A stretch of 64,000 bases of DNA from Candidatus Micrarchaeota archaeon (lineage in GTDB: Archaea; Micrarchaeota; Micrarchaeia; Norongarragalinales; Norongarragalinaceae), in the NCBI GenBank assembly GCA_016207165.1, contig JACQQD010000003.1, positions 32,001 through 96,000 of the forward strand, read 5' to 3'. The first letter of the stretch is position 1. Every line of letters starts with the position of its first letter. The notes beneath the pieces are model-generated. The model did not search any database and was not told where the DNA came from. It worked only from the letters and a program-made list of their open reading frames with translations. Both the position numbers and the translations under genes were made by a program. Positions 1-9,274 of this stretch are shown in pieces.

Positions 1-477
1 CTTCAAAACATCCAGCCCCAAACCCGCCTTGACCCCGTCCGCGTCCTTGAAGCCGCGCTTTTCTTGGCCAACAAGCCGCTTTCATTCCAACAGTTGCAAG
101 ACATTCTGCAAGTGCCCCGCGAACGCCTCAACGTCCTTCTGCGGGAACTGGAGAAATGGCTGCCCGCCGAATCCGCCGTTGAATTGAAAGTCACGGAGCA
201 CTCGGCGGCCCTTCAACTGAAAAACGAGTACGTCGACCGCGTGGCGAAATTATCCAAGGAAGTGGAACTCTCCAAAAAAGCCATGAAAATCCTGGCTCTC
301 GTCGCCAAAAAGAAACAGTTCCTGCAAAGCCAACTCAAGCACTACTTCAAAGGCGAAATCTACGCCTACGTCACCGAACTCAAACAAGCCGGCTACCTGG
401 AAGCCAAGAAAAGCGGCAACACCCGCCTGCTTCGGCCCACAACCAAGTTCTACGAATCATTCCAAATCAAGGAATGA
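1..477 (+). CDS. scpB: Segregation/condensation protein ScpB (5' truncated by window)
   Basis: Frame open from base 1: VLEAALFLANKPLS ... ELS..AMKILALVA ... G.TRLLRPT.KF matches ScpB winged-helix motifs. Confidence 0.85.
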   Translation, partial: LQNIQPQTRLDPVRVLEAALFLANKPLSFQQLQDILQVPRERLNVLLRELEKWLPAESAVELKVTEHSAALQLKNEYVDRVAKLSKEVELSKKAMKILALVAKKKQFLQSQLKHYFKGEIYAYVTELKQAGYLEAKKSGNTRLLRPTTKFYESFQIKE

Positions 478-479
478 AT

Positions 480-1991
480 TCAGATGGACGCGCGTCTCCC
501 GCGGGCCCGCCTTGTTTGGGCCACCATGACGAAGCTTCGCGCATCATCCGCCAAAAACTGCGCCCCACGCGTCTTGTAAGCGTAATTCAAAACCCCTTCA
601 GCGGCCTGCTTGGCGGAAGCGCGATTACGCAAGTGGTTGAGAAACTCGTCGTCCAAATCCTCGTGAATCATTTGGGTGCCACCGTTGTGCAGAAGCGACT
701 TGAGTTCGTCCGGGCCGTCGGTTCGGATGTGCAGGGCGCGGCCCGGCGTCAAATGAATCGAATGCATCGTGTAATCCTCAGGCGAATGGGGGATTCCCGT
801 AAACTTGGAAAGATCGACGCCCAGCATGATGTCTCCGGCTTCCTGCGACGGCGGCAAACGGCCGACCGAAGGGTCGAAAACAACGGGGTGGCCGTGACCA
901 GCCGCCACGTAACAGAGTTTGCGGGTATGCGTATCATACAATGCAAAGAGTCCCGCGCCCTTGACACCTCGACGCACGAACTCCTGATGGACGTCGTGGG
1001 CGTGTTCCCTCAAAAACTGTTCCTTGGCCGAATCGTCAAACAGTTGGTCTGATTTGACGTAGCGCGCGGTTTTCAGGTCCATGCCCATCAGGAGGTTGCG
1101 GACGTTGTTGACTTTGGTACGGTAGTCGTCGGCGTGGCCCTCCACATCGACGCTGGAAATCAGGAAAATGCGCCGTGAACCAGAGTAACTCGGTGCCGGT
1201 TCCAGTTCAGCCAAATTAAAATTGTCCCCGCCAAAAACCGACGGATACTGACTCAAGAATGCCGCCTTGTTGCCGACGGCTAGGTGGTGCTTGACGCCGG
1301 GAATCATCGTTTCCTTATTGATGCGCGGAAATTCGGACTCGTAGTTGGACACTTCAGCCTTGAAATTGTCAAACGCATGCGCCACGTCGTAAATGCGGTG
1401 GAAAGCGGCCAAATGATGTCCAGCCTCCCAGTTGCGCGTCAAAAAACGCCCCAGCTTTCTGGGATCCGCAAATCCGGCGAGCCGGTTCTCCAAGAAATCC
1501 AGCGTCTTTCGGGCGGACAAAAACTTGGATGTAGCCCGGTGAAGGTAAAACAGGTTCACGGGATCGATGTGGGCGCGATCAAATTCGGCCAGTTTGCTTT
1601 CGACGATGGAAAACCGCGACCGTCGGTGCGCTTCCTCCACCGCGGCCTTAAACTCTTCGCGCCGCCGATCATTGGACAAAAACTCGTCCAACGCGTCTTG
1701 GTACATCTCCTCGTAACGTTCCCGGGCGAAAGAAATCTCGCCTCTACCATGCTCGGAAAACAGTTCGGGTTCCACATGGCGGATTGCGGTCCGCTCCTTG
1801 ATGCGGTCCGAAAGTCGGCTGATTTGGTCCAAGAACGGTTCCTGAACAGTCTGCCGCAACCGTTTTTGGACGCTGGACTCATCACCGGGAAATACAGAAA
1901 TGCCAAAACGAACAGAAAACGCGTCGCCGAACCGTTGAACCGCACTCCGGAATCGGTCGCGAAAAGAACGTCTTTGCAACGGTTCAGCCAT
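480..1991 (-). CDS. Orphan N-terminal region + C-terminal SpoIIE/PP2C-like (PPM) phosphatase domain
   Basis: DVEGH, YVAAGH.HP, TDG and DD motifs in C-terminal ~220 aa; start taken at MAEPLQ. Confidence 0.6.
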   Translation of the reverse strand: MAEPLQRRSFRDRFRSAVQRFGDAFSVRFGISVFPGDESSVQKRLRQTVQEPFLDQISRLSDRIKERTAIRHVEPELFSEHGRGEISFARERYEEMYQDALDEFLSNDRRREEFKAAVEEAHRRSRFSIVESKLAEFDRAHIDPVNLFYLHRATSKFLSARKTLDFLENRLAGFADPRKLGRFLTRNWEAGHHLAAFHRIYDVAHAFDNFKAEVSNYESEFPRINKETMIPGVKHHLAVGNKAAFLSQYPSVFGGDNFNLAELEPAPSYSGSRRIFLISSVDVEGHADDYRTKVNNVRNLLMGMDLKTARYVKSDQLFDDSAKEQFLREHAHDVHQEFVRRGVKGAGLFALYDTHTRKLCYVAAGHGHPVVFDPSVGRLPPSQEAGDIMLGVDLSKFTGIPHSPEDYTMHSIHLTPGRALHIRTDGPDELKSLLHNGGTQMIHEDLDDEFLNHLRNRASAKQAAEGVLNYAYKTRGAQFLADDARSFVMVAQTRRARGRRASI

Positions 1992-2001
1992 AAAGCAAAT
2001 A

Positions 2002-2676
2002 CTATTGCTCGAATTCCTGCTCAAAAACCTTTCTCATGGATTCCGCCCGCTGTTTCCCGATGCCTTCAACCTGTTGGAGGTCGTCGGGAGAGGCGTTGGC
2101 TATGCGCTGAAGCGTCTTGAAGTGCTTCAACAAGGAAACCGCGTTCTTGGGCCCCAAGCCCGGCAGGCTTTCCACGACCAACCGTTGTTGTTCCGCCAAG
2201 GTAACGCCTTTCTTGGCGAACTGGAGCCGGTGCATGCGTTGCTCGCCGAACTGCTCTTTTTCCGCCAACGCATACAAAAAGTCGGCCAGTTCGTCGTCGG
2301 AATCAAAAAAGAAGACGGGGAGTTTGAAGTCGACAGCCAACGAAATAAACGCCCCCCGCAACGCGTTGGGCTGGATACGCTCAAAATCCGAGCCCACCAA
2401 CGCCAACAAAGGCGATTCAAACGCGTTCTTCAAACGGCCGGCTTGCACGAAGAGTCTGCCGTCGATGATGGAGGCCTCAAAATCCTTGGCCTCTTTGCGC
2501 TCCAATGCCACGCGTTCCGAAACAATGAAGTCCCCGGATTCCAGGCGCACCGGTTTTAACACGACGCCTTTGCGGAAAAGCGCCTTGGCCACCGAACTTT
2601 TCAGTTCGCGGTCATCGACGAAGAGTTGAAGCGTATTGCTGGCAGTAAGGCCTTCGTCAAAAACCAATTCCGCCAT
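2002..2676 (-). CDS. xpf: XPF/ERCC4 structure-specific endonuclease with tandem HhH
   Basis: VDDRE, GDF, ERKEAKDF..SIIDGRL, HhH motifs LPGLG and VEGIG. Confidence 0.92.
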   Translation of the reverse strand: MAELVFDEGLTASNTLQLFVDDRELKSSVAKALFRKGVVLKPVRLESGDFIVSERVALERKEAKDFEASIIDGRLFVQAGRLKNAFESPLLALVGSDFERIQPNALRGAFISLAVDFKLPVFFFDSDDELADFLYALAEKEQFGEQRMHRLQFAKKGVTLAEQQRLVVESLPGLGPKNAVSLLKHFKTLQRIANASPDDLQQVEGIGKQRAESMRKVFEQEFEQ

Positions 2677-2690
2677 TTTGGAGCAACCCT

Positions 2691-2810
2691 TCAACGCGTT
2701 TGCTCGGTTTGCTTGACAAACCGAATAATAACGTCGCTAATGCTTTCCCCGTCTTTGCGGTGTTGGTTGAGTCTGGCAATGGCCGCGTCGCTCAAATCAA
2801 TCCAAGGCAT
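2691..2810 (-). CDS. 39-aa DUF217/VapB-type antitoxin-like DNA-binding microprotein (absent from ORF track)
   Basis: MPWIDLSDAAIARLNQHRKDGESISDVIIRFVKQTEQTR; I.LS..A..RL...K.GES.SDVI.R pattern; AAAAACTTAATA promoter-like motif ~25 nt upstream. Confidence 0.65.
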   Translation of the reverse strand: MPWIDLSDAAIARLNQHRKDGESISDVIIRFVKQTEQTR

Positions 2811-2853
2811 GTACTGAAAACAGTGATTCTAGGTATTAAGTTTTTGCTGAAGC

Positions 2854-4398
2854 TCAAAAATCCCTTAAACCCTTTTGGGCGTCATGGGACGCGTTGCGGT
2901 CCCGGCTCATTTCGCGCGAGAGTTCGCCGAGCGTCTCGTGCATTTGGCGTTCTTTTCGTTTGGCAATCCAGAAAAACGCTTCGTCCTTCGTGTTTTTCGC
3001 CAACAACACCACGGCGTTGCCGGCGCGGACTCTTCCGGTCCGGCCCCGGCGCTGGATGGACCGGATTTCGGAAGGGACGGCTTCGTAGAAGATGACGAGG
3101 TCGACGGCCTCAATGTCCAAACCTTCTTCGCCGACGGAAGTGCAGACCAACACGTTGAAGGCTTTTTGCCGGAATTCGTCCAACAACGCCTTTTGTTTCT
3201 TCTGCGTCATTCCAGCTCTACCGACCAGCATTTTAGCGGAAACCCCTGAAAGCGTGTTGAGGTCTTGCGTGAGGCGGTCCGCGGTGTCGCGGTAGTGGGC
3301 AAACACGATGAGCGTTTTGCCTTGGGCCACGGCATTAAAGACCAGGGTTTTGAGGCGCGCAATCTTGGGGTGCACCACGCCTTTGGAGAGCAGTTCGTCG
3401 CATTGCGCCAAGAGTTTCGTGACGCGAAAGTCGGACAACAAGCCCGTAACCGCCTTGCTCTTGGTTTTCCGCGTCTTGAGTCCCTCCAGAAAAGAGTGAA
3501 GGGCGTCCGTTCCCTGGCTTTCCAACAAATCCAGTCCATGAGCCAAATTCATGGCGCGGGCGTGAAGCGAAGCCGCCTTGTAGGCCGCCGGATTGGAAGG
3601 AATGGCCGCGGAAATCTTGGCGCGCATGGAAAGCAAGTCGCGTTTGTTGACTTTCGCGGTGTCCGCGGATTCGGAGAATCCCAGTTGCTTCAAATCGCCG
3701 AGCGTCTCGGAGAGCATGGACCGCAACAGGTTCTGGATGGACTTGAATTCGTCGGGCAAGTCCACGAACAAAAAATCCAGTTTCACGGGTTGCACGTACT
3801 TGGAGACCAACGGGTCTTTTTCGTGCTTGAGCTCCAGGTGCGTAATGCCCAAATTACGGCAGATTTGCTCGATTTTTTCTTTCTGCGACGACGGCGACGC
3901 CGTCAGCCCCAACACTCTGGCGGAACTGTGCTGGGCCAGTTCTCCCAGGAAAACGTACGCGTAATCACCCACGGCGCGATGCGCCTCGTCGAAAACAACC
4001 AGGGAGAAATCCGTAAACGAAAGTTTGTGGGACAACACATCGTGTTCCACGGTCTGGGGCGTGCCGCAAATGATTTGCGCGGACGCGTACATGGCTTGGC
4101 GTTGATTGGGGGCAACCGAGCCGGTGACCACGATGACTTTTTCCGGGGAAACGTCAAGCACGTCGGCCATGCGCTGGGCCTGCTGGTCGGCCAAGGGTTT
4201 GGTGGGCGTCAGAAAGAGGATTTTCTTGTCGGGCTGGGTCTTGAGGTAGTGGGCGGCCAACAACGCGGCGACAAAGGTTTTCCCCAACGCCGTGGGCATG
4301 ACGACCAAGGTGTTGTGCCAAAGCGCGGACGCGGCGGCCAAGAGCTGGTAGTCTCGTTTTTCCACGTGGGTTTTCAAAAGCGACAAGTCCAATTCCAT
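2854..4398 (-). CDS. hef: Hef/FANCM-like SF2 helicase (helicase part only)
   Basis: PTALGKT, DEAH, TASP, EEGLDI, QRRGRTGR; C-terminal QKGLRDF. Confidence 0.92.
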   Translation of the reverse strand: MELDLSLLKTHVEKRDYQLLAAASALWHNTLVVMPTALGKTFVAALLAAHYLKTQPDKKILFLTPTKPLADQQAQRMADVLDVSPEKVIVVTGSVAPNQRQAMYASAQIICGTPQTVEHDVLSHKLSFTDFSLVVFDEAHRAVGDYAYVFLGELAQHSSARVLGLTASPSSQKEKIEQICRNLGITHLELKHEKDPLVSKYVQPVKLDFLFVDLPDEFKSIQNLLRSMLSETLGDLKQLGFSESADTAKVNKRDLLSMRAKISAAIPSNPAAYKAASLHARAMNLAHGLDLLESQGTDALHSFLEGLKTRKTKSKAVTGLLSDFRVTKLLAQCDELLSKGVVHPKIARLKTLVFNAVAQGKTLIVFAHYRDTADRLTQDLNTLSGVSAKMLVGRAGMTQKKQKALLDEFRQKAFNVLVCTSVGEEGLDIEAVDLVIFYEAVPSEIRSIQRRGRTGRVRAGNAVVLLAKNTKDEAFFWIAKRKERQMHETLGELSREMSRDRNASHDAQKGLRDF

Positions 4399-4571
4399 AA
4401 AAATGCAGTACGTCGTACGCGGCCCCCGCAATTAAGGGTTACCGGAACCGCGGTTTTTTTAAAGGAAAGAAGCGTTACACGTAACCCCGCTCTGACCCGG
4501 GCGGAAAAAATTGGGCTTGAACCGGCAAAACGAGGCCGGAAACGCCTTCACGGGTTGGGGGAGAGGCAGGT

Positions 4572-4772
4572 ATGGCGATTTTACCCATTGCGCCGGTGGA
4601 GCGGTTGATTCGAAAAGCCGGGGCCGAACGCGTTTCCCAGGATGCCGCCGAAGCGTTGGCTGACGTTCTTGAAGACGTAGGAGTAGACATTTCCCAGAAA
4701 GCCGTCCAGTTGGCCAAGCACGCGGGACGAAAGACGGTCACCAGCGAAGACGTCAAGCTGGCGTCCCGCTGA
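4572..4772 (+). CDS. Archaeal histone (HMf family)
   Basis: [19 protein letters not shown]...[12 protein letters not shown]. Confidence 0.97.
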   Translation: MAILPIAPVERLIRKAGAERVSQDAAEALADVLEDVGVDISQKAVQLAKHAGRKTVTSEDVKLASR

Positions 4773-4819
4773 AAACCCCTGCTTTTAATTAGCTTCAAGG
4801 CGCCTAAAGCCTTGGAATT

Positions 4820-6529
4820 ATGGCCGCGGAATTGGGCGTTTCGTTTGTCGACGTGGGTTGGCTCGTGTTCTTCGCGGCGCTGGCCAGCATTTTGGCGGCG
4901 CGGTTCGGAGTTCCCCCGGTTCTGGCACTGCTTGGAGCCGGCGTTTTAATCGGCCCGCACGCGTTGGGGTTGATCACGGAAAACCAAGTCGTCTCGTTTT
5001 TCGCGGAAATCGGGGCCGTGCTCTTGCTGTTTACCATCGGAGCCGAGTTCAGTCTCTCCAAACTCCGTCAATACGGCGCCAAAGCGTTTTCCATCGGCTT
5101 GATCAAATTGGCCGTGGTATTCTGGCTGTCGTACCAGACGGCAAGGCTGTTGTCGTTGGATGGGTTGACGTCGTTGTACGTCGCCGCGATTTTGGCCATT
5201 ACCAGCACGGCGTTGACCATCAAAATCTTGGAAGGCCACCAATTGGCTTCGCGCGAGGAAGTGCCGTATTTGGTGGCTTCCCTGGTGGTGGAGGACATCT
5301 TCGCCATCTTCGCCTTGGTGTTCTTTTCCACGTCGGACCAAGCTGGAGCCACGGCGCTGGGTTTGGCCACCTCGATTTTGGTGGCGTTGGCGGTTCTAAG
5401 CGTAGCGTACTTCGTCGTCCTGCGGTTGCTTGGCAAACTCATGGAGTGGCTGGACCAGTACAGCGTCCAGGAAACCACGCTGTTCTTGGGGTTGACCCTT
5501 GCCATCGGATTTAGTTTTTTGGCGCAAAGCGTGGGGCTCACGGCATCCATCGGCGCGTTTCTGGCCGGTTCCGTGGTGGCGTCCTTACCGAAGGGAAAGG
5601 CGTTGGAGCACGCCCTCGCGCCGTTTGCCTTGGTGTTCTCCGCCATCTTCTTCGTCTCCATCGGCTTAAACGTCAACCTGCAAAGCGTGCTGGACCACGG
5701 AGTCCTGGTAATCATCTTTGGCGGTTTGGGCGCGTTGTACCGATTCCTTGGAACCGGCATGAGCATGTATCTGAACGGGTTTTCCTCGAAAAGCGCGGCA
5801 TTCAGTGGCTTGGCCATGATGGCCGCCGGAGAATTCTCCTTGGTCATTGCAAGCCAGGGCGCCAAAGTGGTTTCCGGTTTCGATTTGGTCAGCGTCACAT
5901 CCGCGGTGGTGTTCCTCTCCACACTGTTAGTCAGCGTCAGCGTGCCGCATCACGCCGCCGCCTACCGCATCGGCAAAAACGTGGTACCCCAATTCATGCA
6001 GAAAAGCGCGCGGCGGACGGCCGTGGGCCTCACCATGATTCTAAACGCCTTCAGCCAGTTGCCGTACACGGCCCGCGAACAACTCCAGAAATTCAAGGTG
6101 GACGCGGCCGTAGTCAGCATCGTCATTAGCGCCACGGCGGCTTTGCTTTGGATATTCGGGGAAGGAACCGTTTCGCTCTTGGGCAACGTGGTGCCGTGGT
6201 ACGCCGTCATCTTGTCCATCAGCACCCTGGTGCTGTTGCCGATTCTGTTCCGCATCGGCCAGGAACTCTTCTTCGTTCTGTCTTACGTGGAACGCAAGAC
6301 GCGCGCGGCCAGCGCCATGAACTGGACGGCGCTGGTGATTTTGGCCGGGCTTCTGCTTTTGATTCCCTTCGCGTTGACGTACTGGCAACGGGAATTGGGC
6401 ATCGGCGACATCGCGTTACTGGTGCTGGTCTTGGTGGGCGGATTTTACGCCTTCAACTTGAAGACGTCCAACCGCGAAGCGAATTCCGTGTTCCTCAGCG
6501 ACGACCGCTGGAACGGAAAGAAGAAGTGA
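4820..6529 (+). CDS. CPA2-family cation:proton antiporter with extra C-terminal TM helices
   Basis: G.LIGP, AEIG..LLLF.IG.EF, VEDI, FF..IG, GEFS motifs; many TM segments. Confidence 0.88.
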   Translation: MAAELGVSFVDVGWLVFFAALASILAARFGVPPVLALLGAGVLIGPHALGLITENQVVSFFAEIGAVLLLFTIGAEFSLSKLRQYGAKAFSIGLIKLAVVFWLSYQTARLLSLDGLTSLYVAAILAITSTALTIKILEGHQLASREEVPYLVASLVVEDIFAIFALVFFSTSDQAGATALGLATSILVALAVLSVAYFVVLRLLGKLMEWLDQYSVQETTLFLGLTLAIGFSFLAQSVGLTASIGAFLAGSVVASLPKGKALEHALAPFALVFSAIFFVSIGLNVNLQSVLDHGVLVIIFGGLGALYRFLGTGMSMYLNGFSSKSAAFSGLAMMAAGEFSLVIASQGAKVVSGFDLVSVTSAVVFLSTLLVSVSVPHHAAAYRIGKNVVPQFMQKSARRTAVGLTMILNAFSQLPYTAREQLQKFKVDAAVVSIVISATAALLWIFGEGTVSLLGNVVPWYAVILSISTLVLLPILFRIGQELFFVLSYVERKTRAASAMNWTALVILAGLLLLIPFALTYWQRELGIGDIALLVLVLVGGFYAFNLKTSNREANSVFLSDDRWNGKKK

Positions 6530-6533
6530 TTTC

Positions 6534-7517
6534 ATGCGTTGGGCGGCCATGACATCCAACCGGCCAAAAAACGCGGCCAAAACTCTCCAGGCGTACGGCA
6601 AGGTTTCCTGGATTTTGGTGTGCCCCGAACGGTTTCGCGCCGACATGAAAACCGCGGCCAAGGACGCCGACGTAACGGTGGTCACCGAAGAGGCGTTCCT
6701 CAATGAAATGCCGAGACGGTTGCACGCCCCGTTTGCCAAAGGATTTGGAGGCTGGCGCAACATGGCTCTCGCTTTTTGCTCCAAGGAGAAAAAAGACGTC
6801 GTGTTCTTGGACGATGACACCACGCCGCAGAACAACGTATTGGAGCGCTTTGACGCGCTCATGCCGGAAAAAGGCATGGTGCTTGGAAAGTACGGCCACC
6901 ACGTGGGCGGCGCGTCCACCGCCCTATTGGATTTGACGCACGCCCTGGAAAAATTCAACCAAAAAAAGCTGAGGGAAAAAGAGTTCCTGCGGAGGCTTGA
7001 GGAACGCCTGCAGGGCGTGCCGCCGGAACAAAGGCCGGTTCAAGGCGCGGGGGCCGTGGGAGGATGCCTTGGCATTTCGGCGGCAACAGCCCAAAACCAA
7101 TGCTTTTTTCCATCCGTTTACCGCGTCGAGGACGGAACGTATGCCGCGTTATGCGCGGGAAACGTCGTCCAGCCCTCCATGGAAGAAGCCCCAATGGTCC
7201 GGCACGAGAAAGAGGGAAGACCCGACGGACTTCGTTCTGAACTCCAATCCGACCTGGACGGCAACGTCGTGGCCGCCTACGTGGTGGCCCGCGAAAAAAA
7301 CGAGCCGATGGCATGGGACGACCTCAAAAAGCGAATCCGTAAAGGACTCTTGGTGGACTACTTTCAGGAAAAATACGCGAAAACAGAATTCCGACACCCC
7401 GACTTGGACCGCATTGCGCAATTGCAGGTGCGAGTCAGCGAAGCCCAGGCGGACGACGCTTGCACGTCGTACCGGGACGCGCAGGCCATTTGGCTGGAAG
7501 CGTGGGAAACCGCATGA
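6534..7517 (+). CDS. GT-A-fold glycosyltransferase-like protein (paralog of 52635..53741)
   Basis: GG.RN, VVFLDDD, R.EDG motifs. Confidence 0.55.
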   Translation: MRWAAMTSNRPKNAAKTLQAYGKVSWILVCPERFRADMKTAAKDADVTVVTEEAFLNEMPRRLHAPFAKGFGGWRNMALAFCSKEKKDVVFLDDDTTPQNNVLERFDALMPEKGMVLGKYGHHVGGASTALLDLTHALEKFNQKKLREKEFLRRLEERLQGVPPEQRPVQGAGAVGGCLGISAATAQNQCFFPSVYRVEDGTYAALCAGNVVQPSMEEAPMVRHEKEGRPDGLRSELQSDLDGNVVAAYVVAREKNEPMAWDDLKKRIRKGLLVDYFQEKYAKTEFRHPDLDRIAQLQVRVSEAQADDACTSYRDAQAIWLEAWETA

Positions 7518-9274
7518 TGTTAAGCGCATTGTTTTTGGTTTCCGCGTTTTTGATGGGGCTAGCGATTTTCCCAAGGGAGAAAAACAACGGGGTTTGGGCG
7601 GTTTTGGCTGGCTCCGCCATCGCCGCCGCCACGCTTTTTTTGGTTTCAATGGGCTTGGGCCTCAACCCAGCCAGTCTCGTGTTTTCTTCCCTGCTTTTGT
7701 TGGCCGCCGCCGGAATGCTCCACCTCAAAAACCCGATCCGACTCTCGCTGGAAAAAGACGTGCGCATCCTGGCTGTCCTGGCCTTCGCGTTCTTTCTTTT
7801 GGCGGGTTATGCGTTGTTCCACGTCGACGACGTGCCGCGGGGCGTGCGCATCGATTTCGGGTTTCACGCCAGCATGGTGTCGGGGTTGGTTCAAGGAGGC
7901 GAAGTGCCCATGGAGAATCCCCTTTTCGCCGGCACGGCGCTGCGTTACTATTATTTGCCGCAGGTCTTCATGGCGGCGCTGGACGTCGGGGGACTTGATT
8001 TGCCTTGGGCCATGGCCGTTTCGTTCGCGTTGTGGAATGCGGCGCTGGTAACGGGAATTTTTTTGCTGGCGCGGCAGTGGTTTTCCAGGAAAGCCGTGGC
8101 GTACCTGGCCGTATTCTTGTTTTTGATGAATGGATCCTTCGCGTTTCTGCCGTATTTGGAGACTCACGGCGTGGTCGGCAACCTCGGCGCGTTTTTGCAG
8201 GACCCCGGCTTCTTGTCGGATTACCGGTCCACGGGGTTTCCCTTTGAAAACAACTTGGTGGCCCAGCTTTTCTTCACGCGCAGTTTCCCGCTGGGCTTTG
8301 GCATCCTGGTTTTGCTGTTGTACGGCTTGAAGGAAAAATGGGATTCCCGAAAAACCGGGGTCCTGGCCGGAATTCTTCCGCTGGTGCATTTGCCGTCCTT
8401 CGTTCTTTGGGTGCTGTTCGCCGTGACGTACGCCGCCTTTTTCGACCGGAAAAGACACTGGCTCACGCACGCCATGGTGGCATTGCCCTTGGCGGCGCCA
8501 GGACTCTGGTTTCTGCTTGAAAGCGGCGCCACGCAAAGCATTCGTTGGCATGCCGGGTGGATGGCGCCGGATGCCACGCCCTGGGGAATGCTTGTTTTTT
8601 GGGCCGGCAACATCGGATTGTTTTTGGTTTTAGCCGCGTACGCGTGGCCCAAGCAAAAAACGGTTGTACAACATGTTTTTTTGGCAGGAATTCCCGCCTT
8701 TGTCTTGGGAAACGCGATCCTAGTGGCACCCAATCCGTGGGACAACATCAAACTCTTCCTGCTTTTCTTTTTGGCCTTGGCACTCTTGGCCGCCGAAGGC
8801 CTGGCCGCGCTTTGGCAGAAAGGCATGGCTTGGAAAGCCGCCGCCGTCATCCTCGTGTTCTTCATGACATTGACCGGATTGCTGCACGCCGAAACCGTGT
8901 TGGCTCACGCTTCCGACGAGATGTATCCCGCCAACGACTGGAAGGCCTGCCAGTGGGCCAAAGAAAACCTTTCCACCCGTGCGTTGCTTTTGACGGACGG
9001 CACGCACACCTGCGCTTCAGCCATCCAGGGATTCCAAGTCTTCTTGGGTCCCTTGGAGTGGATCGAAAACCATGGCATTGCCTATGAAAACCAGTTGGCG
9101 GAAAACAACGCCATGCTCGCCGGAGACTGCCAGGCCTTGAAGGAAAACGGCGCAACCCATTTTTACCGGGGCGGGTATTTGGGGAGAAACGCGTGGGTGA
9201 ACCAATCGTTCTGGAACGCCCAGGAAAAAGCGTATGACGCCCAAGGCGTGGCCATATACAAGGTAAGTTGCTAG
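7514..9274 (+). CDS. Polytopic membrane protein, GT-C-like glycosyltransferase
   Basis: >10 TM segments, D..FH, ENP.FAG..L.YY loop, C-terminal W.K.NL domain. Confidence 0.6.
   Translation: MMLSALFLVSAFLMGLAIFPREKNNGVWAVLAGSAIAAATLFLVSMGLGLNPASLVFSSLLLLAAAGMLHLKNPIRLSLEKDVRILAVLAFAFFLLAGYALFHVDDVPRGVRIDFGFHASMVSGLVQGGEVPMENPLFAGTALRYYYLPQVFMAALDVGGLDLPWAMAVSFALWNAALVTGIFLLARQWFSRKAVAYLAVFLFLMNGSFAFLPYLETHGVVGNLGAFLQDPGFLSDYRSTGFPFENNLVAQLFFTRSFPLGFGILVLLLYGLKEKWDSRKTGVLAGILPLVHLPSFVLWVLFAVTYAAFFDRKRHWLTHAMVALPLAAPGLWFLLESGATQSIRWHAGWMAPDATPWGMLVFWAGNIGLFLVLAAYAWPKQKTVVQHVFLAGIPAFVLGNAILVAPNPWDNIKLFLLFFLALALLAAEGLAALWQKGMAWKAAAVILVFFMTLTGLLHAETVLAHASDEMYPANDWKACQWAKENLSTRALLLTDGTHTCASAIQGFQVFLGPLEWIENHGIAYENQLAENNAMLAGDCQALKENGATHFYRGGYLGRNAWVNQSFWNAQEKAYDAQGVAIYKVSC

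Noticed and set aside
3265-4608. Long antisense ORFs (447 aa here; also 45707..46846, 20349..21308, 60354..61322)
   Set aside because: Shadow ORFs opposite well-supported genes in GC-rich sequence, with no recognisable motifs
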